Shown here: positions 9,044-20,914 of the stretch, piece after piece | Position numbering within the stretch: position 1 is the first letter of the stretch | Layout of the letters: each line of letters opens with the position of its first letter | Origin: an uncultured Chloroflexia bacterium | GTDB lineage: Bacteria > Chloroflexota > Limnocylindria > Limnocylindrales > CSP1-4 | Direction: 5' to 3' | Assembly: GCA_963720715.1 (NCBI GenBank) | Contig: CAVRGM010000003.1 | Span: forward strand, 385,808-449,807 | Length of the DNA: 64,000 nt | Translations under genes and position numbers: made by a program | The notes under the pieces: generated by a model | Database searches by the model: none | Seen by the model: the letters and a program-made list of their open reading frames with translations, nothing else | What the model was told of the DNA's origin: nothing

Positions 9044-9799
9044 ATGACCCCGGTCGGGGAACAGATCTGCTACGTCGACGCCTATGCCAGCACGCTCGAT
9101 GCACGGGTGGTCGCCGTCGAGCAGGACGCCGGGACCACGCTGGTCATGCTCGATTCGACCGTGTTCTATCCCGGAGGGGGAGGCCAGCCGTCGGACCAGG
9201 GGATGGTCATCAGGGCGGCTGACGGGCGCGCCTGGGTCGTGCGTGGCGCACGCAAGCTCGCCGGCGAGATCGTCCATGAACTGGAACCCGTCGCCGATGG
9301 TCCTCCGGCCATCGGTGACCGCCTCCGGGTCGACATCGACTGGTCGCGTCGCCTCGCGCTCATGCGCACCCACACCGCCCTCCACGCCCTGTGCGGGGTC
9401 GTCTGGCGCGACTATGGCGCGCTCGTCACCGGCGGCAACATGGAGCCCGGTCGTGGCCGAATGGACTTCGAGTTCGAGCGGATGTCGGGCGACCTCGTCG
9501 ACGCCATCGAGGCGACGGTCAACACAGAGCTTTCGGCCGCCCGCGACGTGCGCGTGGCCGTCCTGCCCCGCGACGAGGCATTCGCCATCCCCGACCTCAT
9601 ACGGACCAAGGTCAATCTGCTGCCGCCCGGGATCGAGCAGATCCGCACGATCGAGATCGTGGGACTCGACTTGCAGGCGGACGGGGGAACGCACGTCGCC
9701 AACACGCGCGAGGTGGGCGCGATCCGGGTGACCGGCTACGAGTCCAAGGGCCGCATCAACAAACGGATCCGGATCGAGTTGGTCGAAGCCGGAGCCTGA
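9044..9799 (+). CDS. alaX: AlaX-M-type alanyl-tRNA editing protein
   Basis: HTALHAL and GGTHV zinc-binding motifs of the AlaRS editing domain. About 250 aa, the size of free-standing AlaX-M. Confidence 0.8.
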   Translation: MTPVGEQICYVDAYASTLDARVVAVEQDAGTTLVMLDSTVFYPGGGGQPSDQGMVIRAADGRAWVVRGARKLAGEIVHELEPVADGPPAIGDRLRVDIDWSRRLALMRTHTALHALCGVVWRDYGALVTGGNMEPGRGRMDFEFERMSGDLVDAIEATVNTELSAARDVRVAVLPRDEAFAIPDLIRTKVNLLPPGIEQIRTIEIVGLDLQADGGTHVANTREVGAIRVTGYESKGRINKRIRIELVEAGA

Positions 9800-10146
9800 C
9801 GGCGACGCGGCGACGACTACCCGGACAAGGTGGTGGTCCTCGCCGACGATCGACAAGAACCCGGCTGGATCAGGTGTCTATTTTCTGCGCGGAGATGCCA
9901 CCGAGACGAACGACCTGGAGCGGGCCGGGATCACGAATGCTTCCGCGGCAACCCACCGAGCGACTTCGTGTTCCAGCCCGGCGACGACGCGATCGTGGTC
10001 GCGGAGAGTCTGGGCACGCCGGCCCGATGCGGATGCATGACATCTCCACGAAGCTCCGGACCGCGGCGGTCGTCCCCAGCGCCTGAGCGCCGGCTCATCC
10101 ACGTCGAGACGCTGCGCGCCGGCACATGCCGCTCAGGTGATGGTCG

Positions 10147-12312
10147 TCAGGGCAGGACCAGGTGGACGGGGTTGCCGCGGATGCTGACGCCCCAGGTCGT
10201 CGTGTCGTTGGCCTGGTTGATGTTGTACTCGATCAGCCACCAGCCGTCTTCGTCGGTGATGTCACCCGGTGGGTTCAGGCCGGCAGAACCGTAGTTCGCG
10301 GGCAGGGGAACGGAGATCGTGATCTGCTTGTTGTTGAACTGCGCCGCCCCGTTGATCGATGTCTGGATCTGCGTGACACCGGTACCGGATCGCCCGTCGT
10401 CGGACACCCAGTCGAAGGTCGCGTAGTTGTATGCATTGCCATCAGGGCTCAGGAGACGAAGGTACGCGTTGCCGCTCGCCTCGCCGGGATCGAACAGGTC
10501 GACCTGCATCGTCTTGCCCGCGTGTGCCTTCTCGATCTGCGCGAAGTAGAACTTCTGAAGGCCGCCGTCGAGGTTGCTGTAGGCCGCCATCCGGCCGCTG
10601 CCGTAGATCCTCGCGCTGCCGGCCGACTTCGACCAGATCGAGAAGAGGTTCTCTGCACCGACCGCGGAATTCGCCCCGAACAACGTCGTATTGACATTGA
10701 GTCGGTAGTTGCCGGCGGCCAGGTTGCCGCTGCCGATCCGGACCCAGGCGTTGTGCGCCGCGTTGCTCGCGCAATCCTGGTGGGCTGGCTGTCCCGAGTC
10801 CGGCCCCTTGGGCGTACCGAAGGTGCCGCTCAGGTCGGCCAGGGTGTTCGAAGGGCCGTAGGCGAGTGTGTCGACCAGGGTGTCATCGTAGACATTGGCC
10901 AGCGTGCCATTCGTGTTGTACAGCCGATAGGTGATGCCGACCGGTCGGACGACCTGTCCGCCGGGATGATCGGTCCAGTGGTCGCCGGCCCCATACAAGC
11001 CGCCATGCCCGTTGTCTCCGGTCGCACAGAAGATCGGATCGAACAACCGGACGTCACCGGATCCACCCGGCAGTTCGATCGTGTAGTCGTAGCCGTTCGG
11101 GTCGTACGTCGGGCTGCCCGGACCCGGTGCATCCACCGCTCCGTTGCCGAGATTTGCCGGACCGAATCGATCGCCGTTCTCGCGAGTCCCGCCGGACGTG
11201 AACATCGCGCCCCAGAAACCCTGCGAGGCGAGCGGGTTCCCGGTGATCGGGTCGTTGACCGACGCGGTCTGATTGGCGTAGGTCGTGGTCGTCGTGTGGA
11301 ACTGGACACGGACCTCAAGGAGGTCCAACTGGACATCGCGGCTCGAGGCGCAGTTGGCCGTGCCATCTGTCCAGGTCAGCCGCACCCGGAAGTTCGAATT
11401 CGTGAAGTCGCCGCGTGTCCAGGTGTGCCCGCCCCACATGGAGGTGCTCGAGTTCGAGCCGACGACCTTGTCGTCAGAGGCGGTCGTGGTCAATGCCGAG
11501 GTCTTGACCGCCGTCGACCAGGTCGTGCCGCCGTTCCAGGTCGTCTCGACCGTCACCTGGCAGTTGGTCATCGTGCCGCTGCCGGTCAGGCTGACGTCGG
11601 TCAGGGCGACCTCGAGACCATCGATGACCAGCGTGCCGTCGTTCGGGATCTCTCCTTGCAGGTTGAAATTCTGCCAAACCTGCTTCTGGCCGTTGGTGGC
11701 ATCGGTCGCATACTGATTGTTGTTGGTGAACGCCCGGTCCGGGTTCGACCATTGACCGCCGGACGTGGACAGCGCCGTTGCGTTCCATGGGTTGCCGTTG
11801 GTGTCCTGGGCGGTGTTGCCGGGCACCGGTGTCGTGGTCGCCACGCGCTTCTCGAAGAAGCCAACCCCGTAGTAGTTCTGCGGGCTGCCCATCGGCACGG
11901 GCAGCACGAAGTCCGCCTTCGATTCGCGCCTGGCAGGGAACGAGTTGATACCCGCCACGCGCGCGAAGTAGGTGTTGATGTTGCCGGCGATGGAAACCCG
12001 CAGCCGTCGACTGTTGGTCGGATCCTGCCATGGCGTGACCGTGTATCCGCTCGCGGCGCTAAAGCCGTTCTTGGCGGCCTCGTTGCGGGCCGTCTGATAG
12101 GCGCCCGCCACGTCACCGGGCAGGTAGACCACGCCGGCCAGGGCGGCCGCGTCGGCAGCGCGCTGCATCTTGAGATTGCCTGACCAGTACCAGGACAGGT
12201 CGATCACGATCGCGCATAGCAGGACGAACAGGAGCATCGCCCCGGCGAAGATGACGGCCACCTGGCCGCGTGAGCCATTGCGTCGAGTTCGAGGGTCAGG
12301 CATTTGGATCAT
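10147..12312 (-). CDS. tadG: TadG-like pilus-assembly pseudopilin with very large Asn/Thr/Gly/Trp-rich extracellular region (721 aa)
   Basis: N-terminus RRNGSRGQVAVIFAGAMLLFVLLCAIVIDLSWYWSGNLKMQRAADAAALAG matches the TadE/G N-terminal helix (PF13400-type). Start is 1 nt downstream of the tadE-like stop. Confidence 0.7.
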   Translation of the reverse strand: MIQMPDPRTRRNGSRGQVAVIFAGAMLLFVLLCAIVIDLSWYWSGNLKMQRAADAAALAGVVYLPGDVAGAYQTARNEAAKNGFSAASGYTVTPWQDPTNSRRLRVSIAGNINTYFARVAGINSFPARRESKADFVLPVPMGSPQNYYGVGFFEKRVATTTPVPGNTAQDTNGNPWNATALSTSGGQWSNPDRAFTNNNQYATDATNGQKQVWQNFNLQGEIPNDGTLVIDGLEVALTDVSLTGSGTMTNCQVTVETTWNGGTTWSTAVKTSALTTTASDDKVVGSNSSTSMWGGHTWTRGDFTNSNFRVRLTWTDGTANCASSRDVQLDLLEVRVQFHTTTTTYANQTASVNDPITGNPLASQGFWGAMFTSGGTRENGDRFGPANLGNGAVDAPGPGSPTYDPNGYDYTIELPGGSGDVRLFDPIFCATGDNGHGGLYGAGDHWTDHPGGQVVRPVGITYRLYNTNGTLANVYDDTLVDTLAYGPSNTLADLSGTFGTPKGPDSGQPAHQDCASNAAHNAWVRIGSGNLAAGNYRLNVNTTLFGANSAVGAENLFSIWSKSAGSARIYGSGRMAAYSNLDGGLQKFYFAQIEKAHAGKTMQVDLFDPGEASGNAYLRLLSPDGNAYNYATFDWVSDDGRSGTGVTQIQTSINGAAQFNNKQITISVPLPANYGSAGLNPPGDITDEDGWWLIEYNINQANDTTTWGVSIRGNPVHLVLP

Positions 12313-12313
12313 C

Positions 12314-12936
12314 TCACTGCTGCGCGATCGGATTGAGGGCCATCACTGTCCGGTCCGAGATCGTCAGACTGGCCGGCCCGTCCGGGCCGAAGAAGCCGAC
12401 GACCGCCGAAAGCGGGGTCACGAAGTCGTAGTTGTGGACGATGCTCACGCCGATCGAATCGGGCGGGCTGAGGACCGTCCCATCCGTCTTCCGCGGGGCA
12501 CAGGCGCTCCAGTTGACCGAGCTCGGACTGAAGTCCAGCGCCTGCCCATCCACGCTCGGACCGGCGCCCGGGGTGTAATCCCAGGTGTTGACGTTCCCGC
12601 CGCTGACGGTCCCGGAGGACGTGGCCTTGTAGATCTGGATCCTGGTGGACGCTGCCAGCGTCAGCCGGGACCCTGGACCCTTGAGCACGCGCTGGACCGC
12701 CGCGATGATGTTCTTGTCCACATCGGCACAGACCATCGTGGTGCCGTTTCCGGCGCCGAAGGCGGCACCGCTCCGGGCACCTTCGCGTGTCGCATAGCCG
12801 AGCGTGATCTGCTGGTCGAAGATGAACCCGAACTCGAGGATGCCCAGGACGAGCAGCAGGAAGACCGGGATGATCAGGGCGAACTCGACCAGACCCTGGC
12901 CACGCACCGCGTCGGCGGAACGGCGCGGCCGCATCA
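12314..12936 (-). CDS. TadE/TadF-like minor pseudopilin
   Basis: GQGLVEFALIIPVFLLLVLGILEFG = TadE N-terminal domain (PF07811-type). Start chosen at MRPRRSADAVRGQG…, which overlaps the upstream gene stop. Confidence 0.7.
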
Positions 12937-13569
12937 CAGGACCGGTTCCATGCGCATCACGCTGGAGCGGTCGAACGTCAGGCCGCCCGGGCCGCCGCCG
13001 ATGAAGTTCTTGATCGGCGTGACGTACTGGTGGGTGTACGTGATCCGGACGACGACATTGTCGACGGTCGGGTGGTTGGTCACGCCCGGGCCGTTGCAGC
13101 CTCCGAGGTAGTTGCAGCGCACGCTGGGTGGATAGCCATTGGGACTGGGCGCGCCGTACGGCACAGACCCGACGCTCCCGTCCGGGAAGATGCACGGCTG
13201 CGCGGGTCCGTGCGTGTACACGGTCTTCGCCGTGCCCGGCCAGATGGTCCCGTCAGGTTTGGCCTGGTAGATCTCGACGCTCTGGATCCGGGCCGCATCC
13301 GCGGGAGCCGTGATGGCTCGTTCGACCCAATCGAGGATGACGCAGTCGGCGCCGGCAGCGTCTCCGGCTTCAGCGGCCGCCAGCGCCGCGTCGCGGGCGC
13401 CGTAGTTGACGGCGAGGAGGGCATTGAACAGGAAGCTGAATTCGACCAACCCGAGGAGCAGCATGACGAACAGCGGGAAGACCAATGCGAACTCGACGAC
13501 CGTCTGGCCTCGGGTGCCAGTCGATCGATGTGTCGCGAACCTGCCTTGCGAGCGCTTTGATGGCTTCAT
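12934..13569 (-). CDS. TadE/TadF-like minor pseudopilin (second copy)
   Basis: GQTVVEFALVFPLFVMLLLGLVEFSFLF = TadE N-terminal domain. Start chosen at MKPSKRSQG…; alternative upstream Met is possible. Confidence 0.6.
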   Translation of the reverse strand: MKPSKRSQGRFATHRSTGTRGQTVVEFALVFPLFVMLLLGLVEFSFLFNALLAVNYGARDAALAAAEAGDAAGADCVILDWVERAITAPADAARIQSVEIYQAKPDGTIWPGTAKTVYTHGPAQPCIFPDGSVGSVPYGAPSPNGYPPSVRCNYLGGCNGPGVTNHPTVDNVVVRITYTHQYVTPIKNFIGGGPGGLTFDRSSVMRMEPVL

Positions 13570-13594
13570 GGTCGGCGGAGGATAGGGTCGCGAA

Positions 13595-13613
13595 CCTTGC
13601 AGGCATCCTTGCA
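13595..13613 (-). promoter_or_regulatory. direct repeat CCTTGCA-n5-CCTTGCA in the 360-bp gap between the histidine kinase stop and the first tadE-like start
   Basis: Seen in sequence (aaCCTTGCAggcatCCTTGCAttt). Position and direct-repeat form fit an OmpR-family response regulator site. No experimental support. Confidence 0.2.
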
Positions 13614-13929
13614 TTTCGGCCCACCGGGACCGATGCCGGAGACCCACCGCCAGAAGTCTGGTGCGCCCAGGCACGAGCAATCGTGGCCGATCGAATCGCT
13701 CGCCGCGTATGCGCCAGCCGTCCCTGTCGGGTTGGCAGCGAGCGTGTTCGGCTCCATCGTCGTCGCGTTCATCGTTCCCCGTGACTCTTCGACCAGGCTG
13801 GACGACAGCCAGCAGTTCAGGCCCCGCAGGATATGAACGCCAAGCTTGCAGCGGCCATAACGACTGGCCTGCTTGCCGGCTTCACATCGGAGATGGTCAC
13901 GGGATCCCGGTGCGTTCCGGCAACCGGTC

Positions 13930-16005
13930 TCAGTCGCGTCCGGCCGTTTCCGCCGGGAGGGTCAGCACGAAGACCGAGCCACCCGATCCGCCCGGTCGAT
14001 ACGTCATGGAGCCGCCCATCGCCCGCGCCAGTCTTCGGGCGATATCGAGTCCGATACCAGATCCGCCACGCTGCCTCCCGGCCGAGCCACGCCAGAACCG
14101 TCGAAAGATGTGACGACGCTCCCCATTGGGGATCCCCGGTCCCGCGTCCTCCACCGCAACCGTGATCATGGGTGAGGTCGACGAACCTGTGCGGCCTGTC
14201 CGGACTGTGATCGGCCCATCCGGTGCATACCTGATCGCGTTGTCGAGGAGGATCCATGCGATCTGCTCGATCGCCTCCCGATCGCCGACGGCGATCAAGC
14301 CGGTCGCGGCGTCATCGACCAGAAACGTTCGGTCAGCCGCAAGCTCGGTCCATACGCGTCCGATGAGCGGCGCGACGGAGATCGCCTCCTGTTCAAGGTG
14401 GATCCGCCCCGCATCCAGGCGCGAGACGGTCAGCAGTTGTCCGACGAGACGACCCAGGCGGTCTGCCCCCGCGCGGATGGCGGTCGCCCTGGCGACGACG
14501 AAGCCTGGTGATCCCAGCGCCTCGGCCTGTCCGAGGTCGTCGGCCAGGAGCGAGATCGTCGCCAACGGCGTCTGCAGGTTATGGCTGACACTGCGCAGGA
14601 ATTCTCGCTGAAGATCACTGCGCCGCCCCAAACGTGCCATCTGGTCCGCAGCCTGATCGTGAGCGTGGCTGTCGAGAAGGACCCCACCGACGAGCCGTGC
14701 ATACAAACCGAACAACGTCGCGTCGGACTCATCGCGTCGCTGACCGTCAGCAGCATGACCGACCAGCCAAAGTGGTCGGTCCGAACCGACATCGACGGGC
14801 GCCTCGATGACCTGCCGCTCGGTGTCCGTGGGTCTTGGAAGGGAACCTGAGACCGCGACCGCCCCGCCGTCGGCGTCGGTGAGCGTGCATCGATCGAGTT
14901 CGAACAACGACACGGCCGACTCGGTCGCGGACTGCGCGACCGAAGGGTAGCCGTGCTCGGGACGCATGCCGGCGATGGCGATCGACATCTCGCTCAGGAT
15001 CCGGTCGCGCCGGTCCGTTGCGGTGACCAACGTGTCAAGAGCGGCGGCAAGACGGACGATATCTGCATCGTCCGTCAGGGACGGGTTGACGGGACGGCGT
15101 CCCGCTGCGACGGCCGTCAGGCCGTCGTGGACCGCGGCCAGACGGCGGGTCAGCCCTCGACCAAGCAACCCTGCGGCGAGGATCGCCAGGAGCGCGGCGA
15201 CGATGAGGGAGGCGAGCAGGACAGCCGGCAGTTGGGCCATCAAGGTCTGGATCGGCGTTTGGCGATCAGTCACCAACAGCGTGCCGACCCCACCTCCTGG
15301 AGCGGAAGCCCCGATCCATCCCGCCAGGACGCCATCTGCCGTCGCGGCTCCCGGTCCGGACACCGATCGGTCCGCGAACAGGTCTGCTGCGGCCGGGTCC
15401 GTTGCGACCGAGACCGCCCCCTCGGGTAGGACGATGGCGACATCGAACCCCGTCAGTCGCGTGATCTCGTGCACGAACCCGGCATCCAGTCGACGCGCGA
15501 ATCTCAGTTCGTCGGTCGTCCCATCGGCGGTCGCGGCCATGGGTGCGGATGCGACCAGATACAACCCACCGTCCACGGCCAGGATCCGGCTCGTGGCGGG
15601 GGTCGCATCCTTGATCGACGTGAGCGCGCCCACCACGTTGGCGGGGCCAACGGCCACCGGTCGTCCGTCCACGATCGCGACCGCAACGTCGACGGTCCCG
15701 TTATCGACCAGGAAGCCGAGGATGTCCGTCTGCAGCGCATCTGGGGACGCGGCATCCACGAGTCGCCGCGTCACTGACCAGGATGCGTATGCCTCCGTGG
15801 CATCCGTGAGGTCGAGCTGGTAGCGGGCGAGGACATCCTCGACGGCCGACAGTGCCGTGTCGACCCGTCTATCGGCGTCCATCTGAAGCGCGCCCTCGAC
15901 TCGATAGAGAGAGTACGTACCAAACGCGAGTAGCGGCAGGATCGCGAGAACGACCAGGCTGATCCCCAGGCGCCGGCCGAATGTCAGTGAGGAGAGACGA
16001 CGCAC
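13930..16005 (-). CDS. sensor histidine kinase (two transmembrane helices, periplasmic sensor domain, HAMP, HisKA, HATPase_c)
   Basis: H-box LQREFLRSVSHNLQTPLATI. N/G boxes LLDNAIRYAP…VEDAGPGIP…GGSGIGLDIARRLA. Two transmembrane helices flank a sensor domain of about 250 aa. Confidence 0.9.
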   Translation of the reverse strand: MRRLSSLTFGRRLGISLVVLAILPLLAFGTYSLYRVEGALQMDADRRVDTALSAVEDVLARYQLDLTDATEAYASWSVTRRLVDAASPDALQTDILGFLVDNGTVDVAVAIVDGRPVAVGPANVVGALTSIKDATPATSRILAVDGGLYLVASAPMAATADGTTDELRFARRLDAGFVHEITRLTGFDVAIVLPEGAVSVATDPAAADLFADRSVSGPGAATADGVLAGWIGASAPGGGVGTLLVTDRQTPIQTLMAQLPAVLLASLIVAALLAILAAGLLGRGLTRRLAAVHDGLTAVAAGRRPVNPSLTDDADIVRLAAALDTLVTATDRRDRILSEMSIAIAGMRPEHGYPSVAQSATESAVSLFELDRCTLTDADGGAVAVSGSLPRPTDTERQVIEAPVDVGSDRPLWLVGHAADGQRRDESDATLFGLYARLVGGVLLDSHAHDQAADQMARLGRRSDLQREFLRSVSHNLQTPLATISLLADDLGQAEALGSPGFVVARATAIRAGADRLGRLVGQLLTVSRLDAGRIHLEQEAISVAPLIGRVWTELAADRTFLVDDAATGLIAVGDREAIEQIAWILLDNAIRYAPDGPITVRTGRTGSSTSPMITVAVEDAGPGIPNGERRHIFRRFWRGSAGRQRGGSGIGLDIARRLARAMGGSMTYRPGGSGGSVFVLTLPAETAGRD

Positions 16006-16016
16006 GTCGGATCCGT

Positions 16017-16729
16017 TCAGACTGGTGGCCGACCGGGCGACGTCGATGCGACCAGCCTGTACCCGCCGGCTGCGCCGGACAGGAGATGACGCGGGCGCTC
16101 TGGCTCGATCTCGATCTTTCGTCGTAGTCGGCGAACGGTGACCCAGACATAGACAGGCTCGGGCGAATCGGCCTCGTTCCAGACATCGGCCAATAACTCG
16201 TCCGTGGTGACAGTCTCACCCATCCGCCCAGCCAGGGCGGCAAGCAATCGAGTTTCGATGGGCGACAATGCCCGCGCCTCGCCCGCCACCTGTGCTCTGC
16301 GCCGAGGTAGGAACAGGGTCAGATCCGGCCCGAGAACCAGTTCCGGCACCGGGACTCGGCCCTGCATCCGACCAAGGACTCGCTGCATCCGAGCCCGCAG
16401 CTCAGGGTAGTGAAATGGCTTCGTGACGTAGTCCTCGGCATATCTCGAGATGAACTCGACCTTGCTCTCGCTCGCGGATACCGCAGACAGGATGATCACC
16501 GGGATGTCCGCCCGGTCCTTGATCAGCCGGGCGATCTCCTCCCCGTCCATCCCGGGCAACATCAGGTCGAGCACGACCAGATCCGGCCAATCCTTCCCGA
16601 TCTGGGCCATCGCCTCCGCGCCGGACAGGGCCGTCGACACTCGATAGCCCTCCCGTCGGAAGCGGTCGCCGAGGAACGTCACCAGGCTGGGATCGTCATC
16701 GATCAGCAGGACGTGTCGCGTGCCTGCCG

Positions 16730-16733
<4 letters not shown>
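16017..16733 (-). CDS. OmpR-family response regulator
   Basis: Receiver domain (VLLIDDDPSL…DLVVLDLMLPGMDG…) plus winged-helix trans_reg_C (…YVWVTVRRLRRKIE…GYRL). Confidence 0.9.
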
Positions 16734-17626
<893 letters not shown>

Positions 17627-17764
17627 GTGGCCCCCGCGTTCTCGTGAACGGCTCGATCTGGGCGATTCTATGTCACGTCTCGAGCGAGCGAGTCGGGGCC
17701 GCACCAGTATCGCGACAGGGTGGTCGTGGTTCGTCCACTGGGGCGCACGGAGCAGACCAGAGGG

Positions 17765-19201
17765 TCAGAGCTCCTTGACGGCCGCGGTCAGGGCGGCCAG
17801 ACCGTCCTTCGCGTCGGCGAACAGCATCCCGGTCTTGGGGTCGGAGTAGAGCTCGTTGTCGATGCCCGCATAGCCGCGCCCCATCGAGCGCTTGATGACC
17901 ACGATCGACTTGGCGTGATCGACATCGAGGATGGGCATCCCTGAAACGGGCGAACCGGGTCGTCGGGCGGCTGGGTTGGTCACGTCGTTCGCGCCGATGA
18001 CCAGGGCCACGTCACAGCGGTCGAACTCCGGGTTGATCTCCTCCATCTCCTTGAGTTGGGGGTAGGGCACGTTCGCCTCAGCCAGCAGGACGTTCATGTG
18101 TCCGGGCATCCGGCCCGCGACCGGATGGATGGCGTACTTCACGTCGACGCCGCGCGCCTCGAGCAGTTCGGCCAGTTCGCGAACCGCGTGCTGGGCCTGG
18201 GCCACGGCGAGGCCGTAACCGGGCACGATGATCACCGACTGGGCGTAAGCGAGCTGGATCGCGACGTCGTCCGCCCCGATCTCGCGGACCGTGCCGCCGC
18301 TGCCGGCCACGACACCGGACGCTTCGTCGCCACCTCCGAACCCACCGATCATGATGTTCATGACCGAGCGGTTCATGGCGTCGGCCATGAGCTTGGTGAG
18401 GATCGCCCCGGATGCACCCACGAGCGCGCCGGCGATGATCAGGACCGGGTTGCCGAGCACGAACCCTGCCATCGCGGCGGCGGTCCCGGTGAGCGAGTTC
18501 AGCAGGCTGATCACGACCGGCATATCGGCCCCACCGATCGGCAGGACCATGGTGATCCCAAAGATCAGGCCGGCCGCCACGACGATGGCAAGCAGCCCGA
18601 TGGTGGCCGTGCTGTCGAGGGTCAGTGCGCCCGCTGCGCCGAGGATGAGCGCGGCGGTGCCGAGCACGGCGATGACCGCCAGTGCGATCGTCACGACCTG
18701 GCCGCCCGGGACGTAGATCGGCTTGCCGGCGATGAGCCCCTGGAGCTTGCCGCCCGCGATCAGCGAGCCGGAGAACGTGACCGATCCGAACAGCGCCCCA
18801 AGGATGACGAAGATCGTGGTGTCGACGGGTGCGCCCGAGTTGAGCCGGACGAAATCGTCGATGGCGACCAGCGCGGCCGCCCCGCCGCCGACAGCATTGA
18901 ACAGCGACACCAGCTGCGGCATCGCGGTCATCTTCACGGTCCGGGCGGTATACAAGCCGGCCCCGCCGCCGATCACGAAGCCGATGACGATGATCGCGAG
19001 GGCCGTACCGCTCAGGCCACCTTCACGGGTGATCAGGTAGACCAGGGTCGCGACGACCGCGACGACCATCCCGGCAGCACTCAGCTGGTTGCCGCTTCGT
19101 CCGGTCGCCGGCGAATTCATCCGATGGAGACCCAGCACGAAGCACGAGGCTCCGACCAGCCAGGCCAGGTAGACGAACGTGTAGATCCACTCTTGTGACA
19201 T
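17765..19201 (-). CDS. pntB: NAD(P) transhydrogenase subunit beta
   Basis: Multi-pass membrane N-terminus plus C-terminal NADP(H)-binding domain (…GYAGIDNELYSDPKTGMLFADAKD…). Confidence 0.9.
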   Translation of the reverse strand: MSQEWIYTFVYLAWLVGASCFVLGLHRMNSPATGRSGNQLSAAGMVVAVVATLVYLITREGGLSGTALAIIVIGFVIGGGAGLYTARTVKMTAMPQLVSLFNAVGGGAAALVAIDDFVRLNSGAPVDTTIFVILGALFGSVTFSGSLIAGGKLQGLIAGKPIYVPGGQVVTIALAVIAVLGTAALILGAAGALTLDSTATIGLLAIVVAAGLIFGITMVLPIGGADMPVVISLLNSLTGTAAAMAGFVLGNPVLIIAGALVGASGAILTKLMADAMNRSVMNIMIGGFGGGDEASGVVAGSGGTVREIGADDVAIQLAYAQSVIIVPGYGLAVAQAQHAVRELAELLEARGVDVKYAIHPVAGRMPGHMNVLLAEANVPYPQLKEMEEINPEFDRCDVALVIGANDVTNPAARRPGSPVSGMPILDVDHAKSIVVIKRSMGRGYAGIDNELYSDPKTGMLFADAKDGLAALTAAVKEL

Positions 19202-19216
19202 GGACGGGCTCCTCGG

Positions 19217-19549
19217 CTAGGCCCCGGGAGCGCCGTCGGCGCCCTCGGTCGTGGCCTTCGGGGCCGTCGGCTTCTTGCGGAACATCTGGAGCATCCGGTC
19301 GGTGACGACATAGCCTCCGACCACATTCATCGCGCCGAACACCATCGCGACGAAGGCGAGCAGGTAGCTGACCGGGTTGTCCGCCTCTGCCGCGATGATC
19401 ATCGCCCCGACCAGAACGATTCCGTGGATCGAGTTCGCCCCGGACATCAACGGGGTGTGGAGGGTCGCCGGGACCTTGCTGATGACCTCGAACCCGACCA
19501 GGATCGCCAGCGTGAAGATCGCCAGCGAAGTCAGGAGTTGTTCACTCAC
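19217..19549 (-). CDS. pntAB: NAD(P) transhydrogenase subunit alpha part 2 (membrane)
   Basis: About 110 aa, three transmembrane helices, directly between the alpha-1 and beta genes. Confidence 0.85.
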   Translation of the reverse strand: MSEQLLTSLAIFTLAILVGFEVISKVPATLHTPLMSGANSIHGIVLVGAMIIAAEADNPVSYLLAFVAMVFGAMNVVGGYVVTDRMLQMFRKKPTAPKATTEGADGAPGA

Positions 19550-20709
19550 GCGGAACCTCCAGCGGCCGGAGCGGCCGGCTCGAGCAGCTTCTTGACCGGT
19601 TCGGACAACAGTTCGCCGCCGTGGCTGATGACCGTCGCCTTGGTGACCTCGTCCTCGAAGTCGAGATGCAGGGCTCCGTCCTTGGTCATCCCGAGCAACA
19701 GTGCCGAAATATTGCGGGCATAGAAGGCTGAGGCGCCGGCCGGCATCGAAGCCGGCAGGTTGTCGGGCGCGATGATCGTCACGCCATTCGACGACGCGAC
19801 CGTCTCGCCGGCCCTGCTCAGTTCGACGTTACCGCCCAGGGCGGATGCCGCCATGTCGATGATCACGGAACCCGACTTCATCTTCGCGACGGCGTCCACC
19901 GTGACCAGGACCGGAGGCTTGCGGCCCGGGACCTGGGCGGTCGTGATCACGATGTCCATGCCGCCGATGACGTCGTTCAACTCGGCCTGCTGTGACGCCC
20001 GTTCCTCATCGGTCAGCTCGCGAGCATAACCACCGCTGCCCGTCGCATCGATAGTCGTCTTGAGCTTGACGAATTGCGCGCCCAGGCTTTCGGCCTGCTC
20101 TCGGGTCTCGGGCCGCACGTCGTAGGCCTTGACTACCGCCCCGAGTCGTCGGGCGGTGCCGATGGCCTGCAGCCCGGCGACCCCGATACCCAGGATCAGC
20201 ACGTTGGCCGGCTTGGCCGTCCCGGCCGCCGTGGTCAGCAAAGGGAAGTAGCGCCCGTAGGCGTTGGCCGCGATGAGCACGGCCTTGTAGCCACCGACGT
20301 TGGCCTGCGACGAGAGGGCGTCCATCGTCTGGGCCCGCGAAAGTGTCCGTGGGATCGCATCGAGACTGACCGCGGTCACCCCGGCATCCGCGAGCGCTTT
20401 GGCCGTCGTCGGGTCGATCAACGGAGCGAGCAGACCCACGATCGCCTGGCCGCTTCGCGACAGGGCGACCTCCTCCGGCGAGGGCTTCGCGACGCGAAGG
20501 ATCACATCGGCGCCCGCGTAGAGCTCGGCGGTCGAGACGATGACCGCGCCTGCTGCCCGGTAGGCGTCGTCCGGGAACGCCGCCGCGCGGCCTGCGTCGT
20601 GTTCGACGAGGATCTCGAGCCCGGCCGCCGAAAGCTTGCCGAGCGCCTCGGGGACCAGGGCGACCCGTCGCTCTCCGGGCGCGGTCTCCTTGGCGACACC
20701 GACCTTCAT
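19546..20709 (-). CDS. pntAA: NAD(P) transhydrogenase subunit alpha part 1 (AlaDH-like NAD(H)-binding)
   Basis: AlaDH/PNT N- and C-domains. Start set at MKVGVAKE…, preceded by AAGGTGGTG at -6. Upstream in-frame ATG would add 11 aa. Confidence 0.85.
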   Translation of the reverse strand: MKVGVAKETAPGERRVALVPEALGKLSAAGLEILVEHDAGRAAAFPDDAYRAAGAVIVSTAELYAGADVILRVAKPSPEEVALSRSGQAIVGLLAPLIDPTTAKALADAGVTAVSLDAIPRTLSRAQTMDALSSQANVGGYKAVLIAANAYGRYFPLLTTAAGTAKPANVLILGIGVAGLQAIGTARRLGAVVKAYDVRPETREQAESLGAQFVKLKTTIDATGSGGYARELTDEERASQQAELNDVIGGMDIVITTAQVPGRKPPVLVTVDAVAKMKSGSVIIDMAASALGGNVELSRAGETVASSNGVTIIAPDNLPASMPAGASAFYARNISALLLGMTKDGALHLDFEDEVTKATVISHGGELLSEPVKKLLEPAAPAAGGSA

Positions 20710-20914
20710 TGGCACCACCTTGATCTGAGGTTGTTGGTCCACGGACGTGACGCGTCCGCGATGGACACCTGGGGTCCGCCGAAGGATACCTGCTGCTGAG
20801 CCCGGACGCGACCGATCCGAGGTTGCGGCTCGGGGGCGGCGCAGCCCGGCCGACCCCCGAGGCCTACGATAGGCGCGATCGCCGCCCGCCCGTCGGCGTC
20901 GAAGGAGGGTTCAG

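Noticed and set aside
10162-12183. 673-aa + ORF antisense to the TadG-like gene
   Set aside because: Shadow ORF. The minus-strand product carries a clear TadE/G N-terminal domain.
18056-19198. 380-aa + ORF antisense to pntB
   Set aside because: Shadow ORF of the conserved pntB gene.
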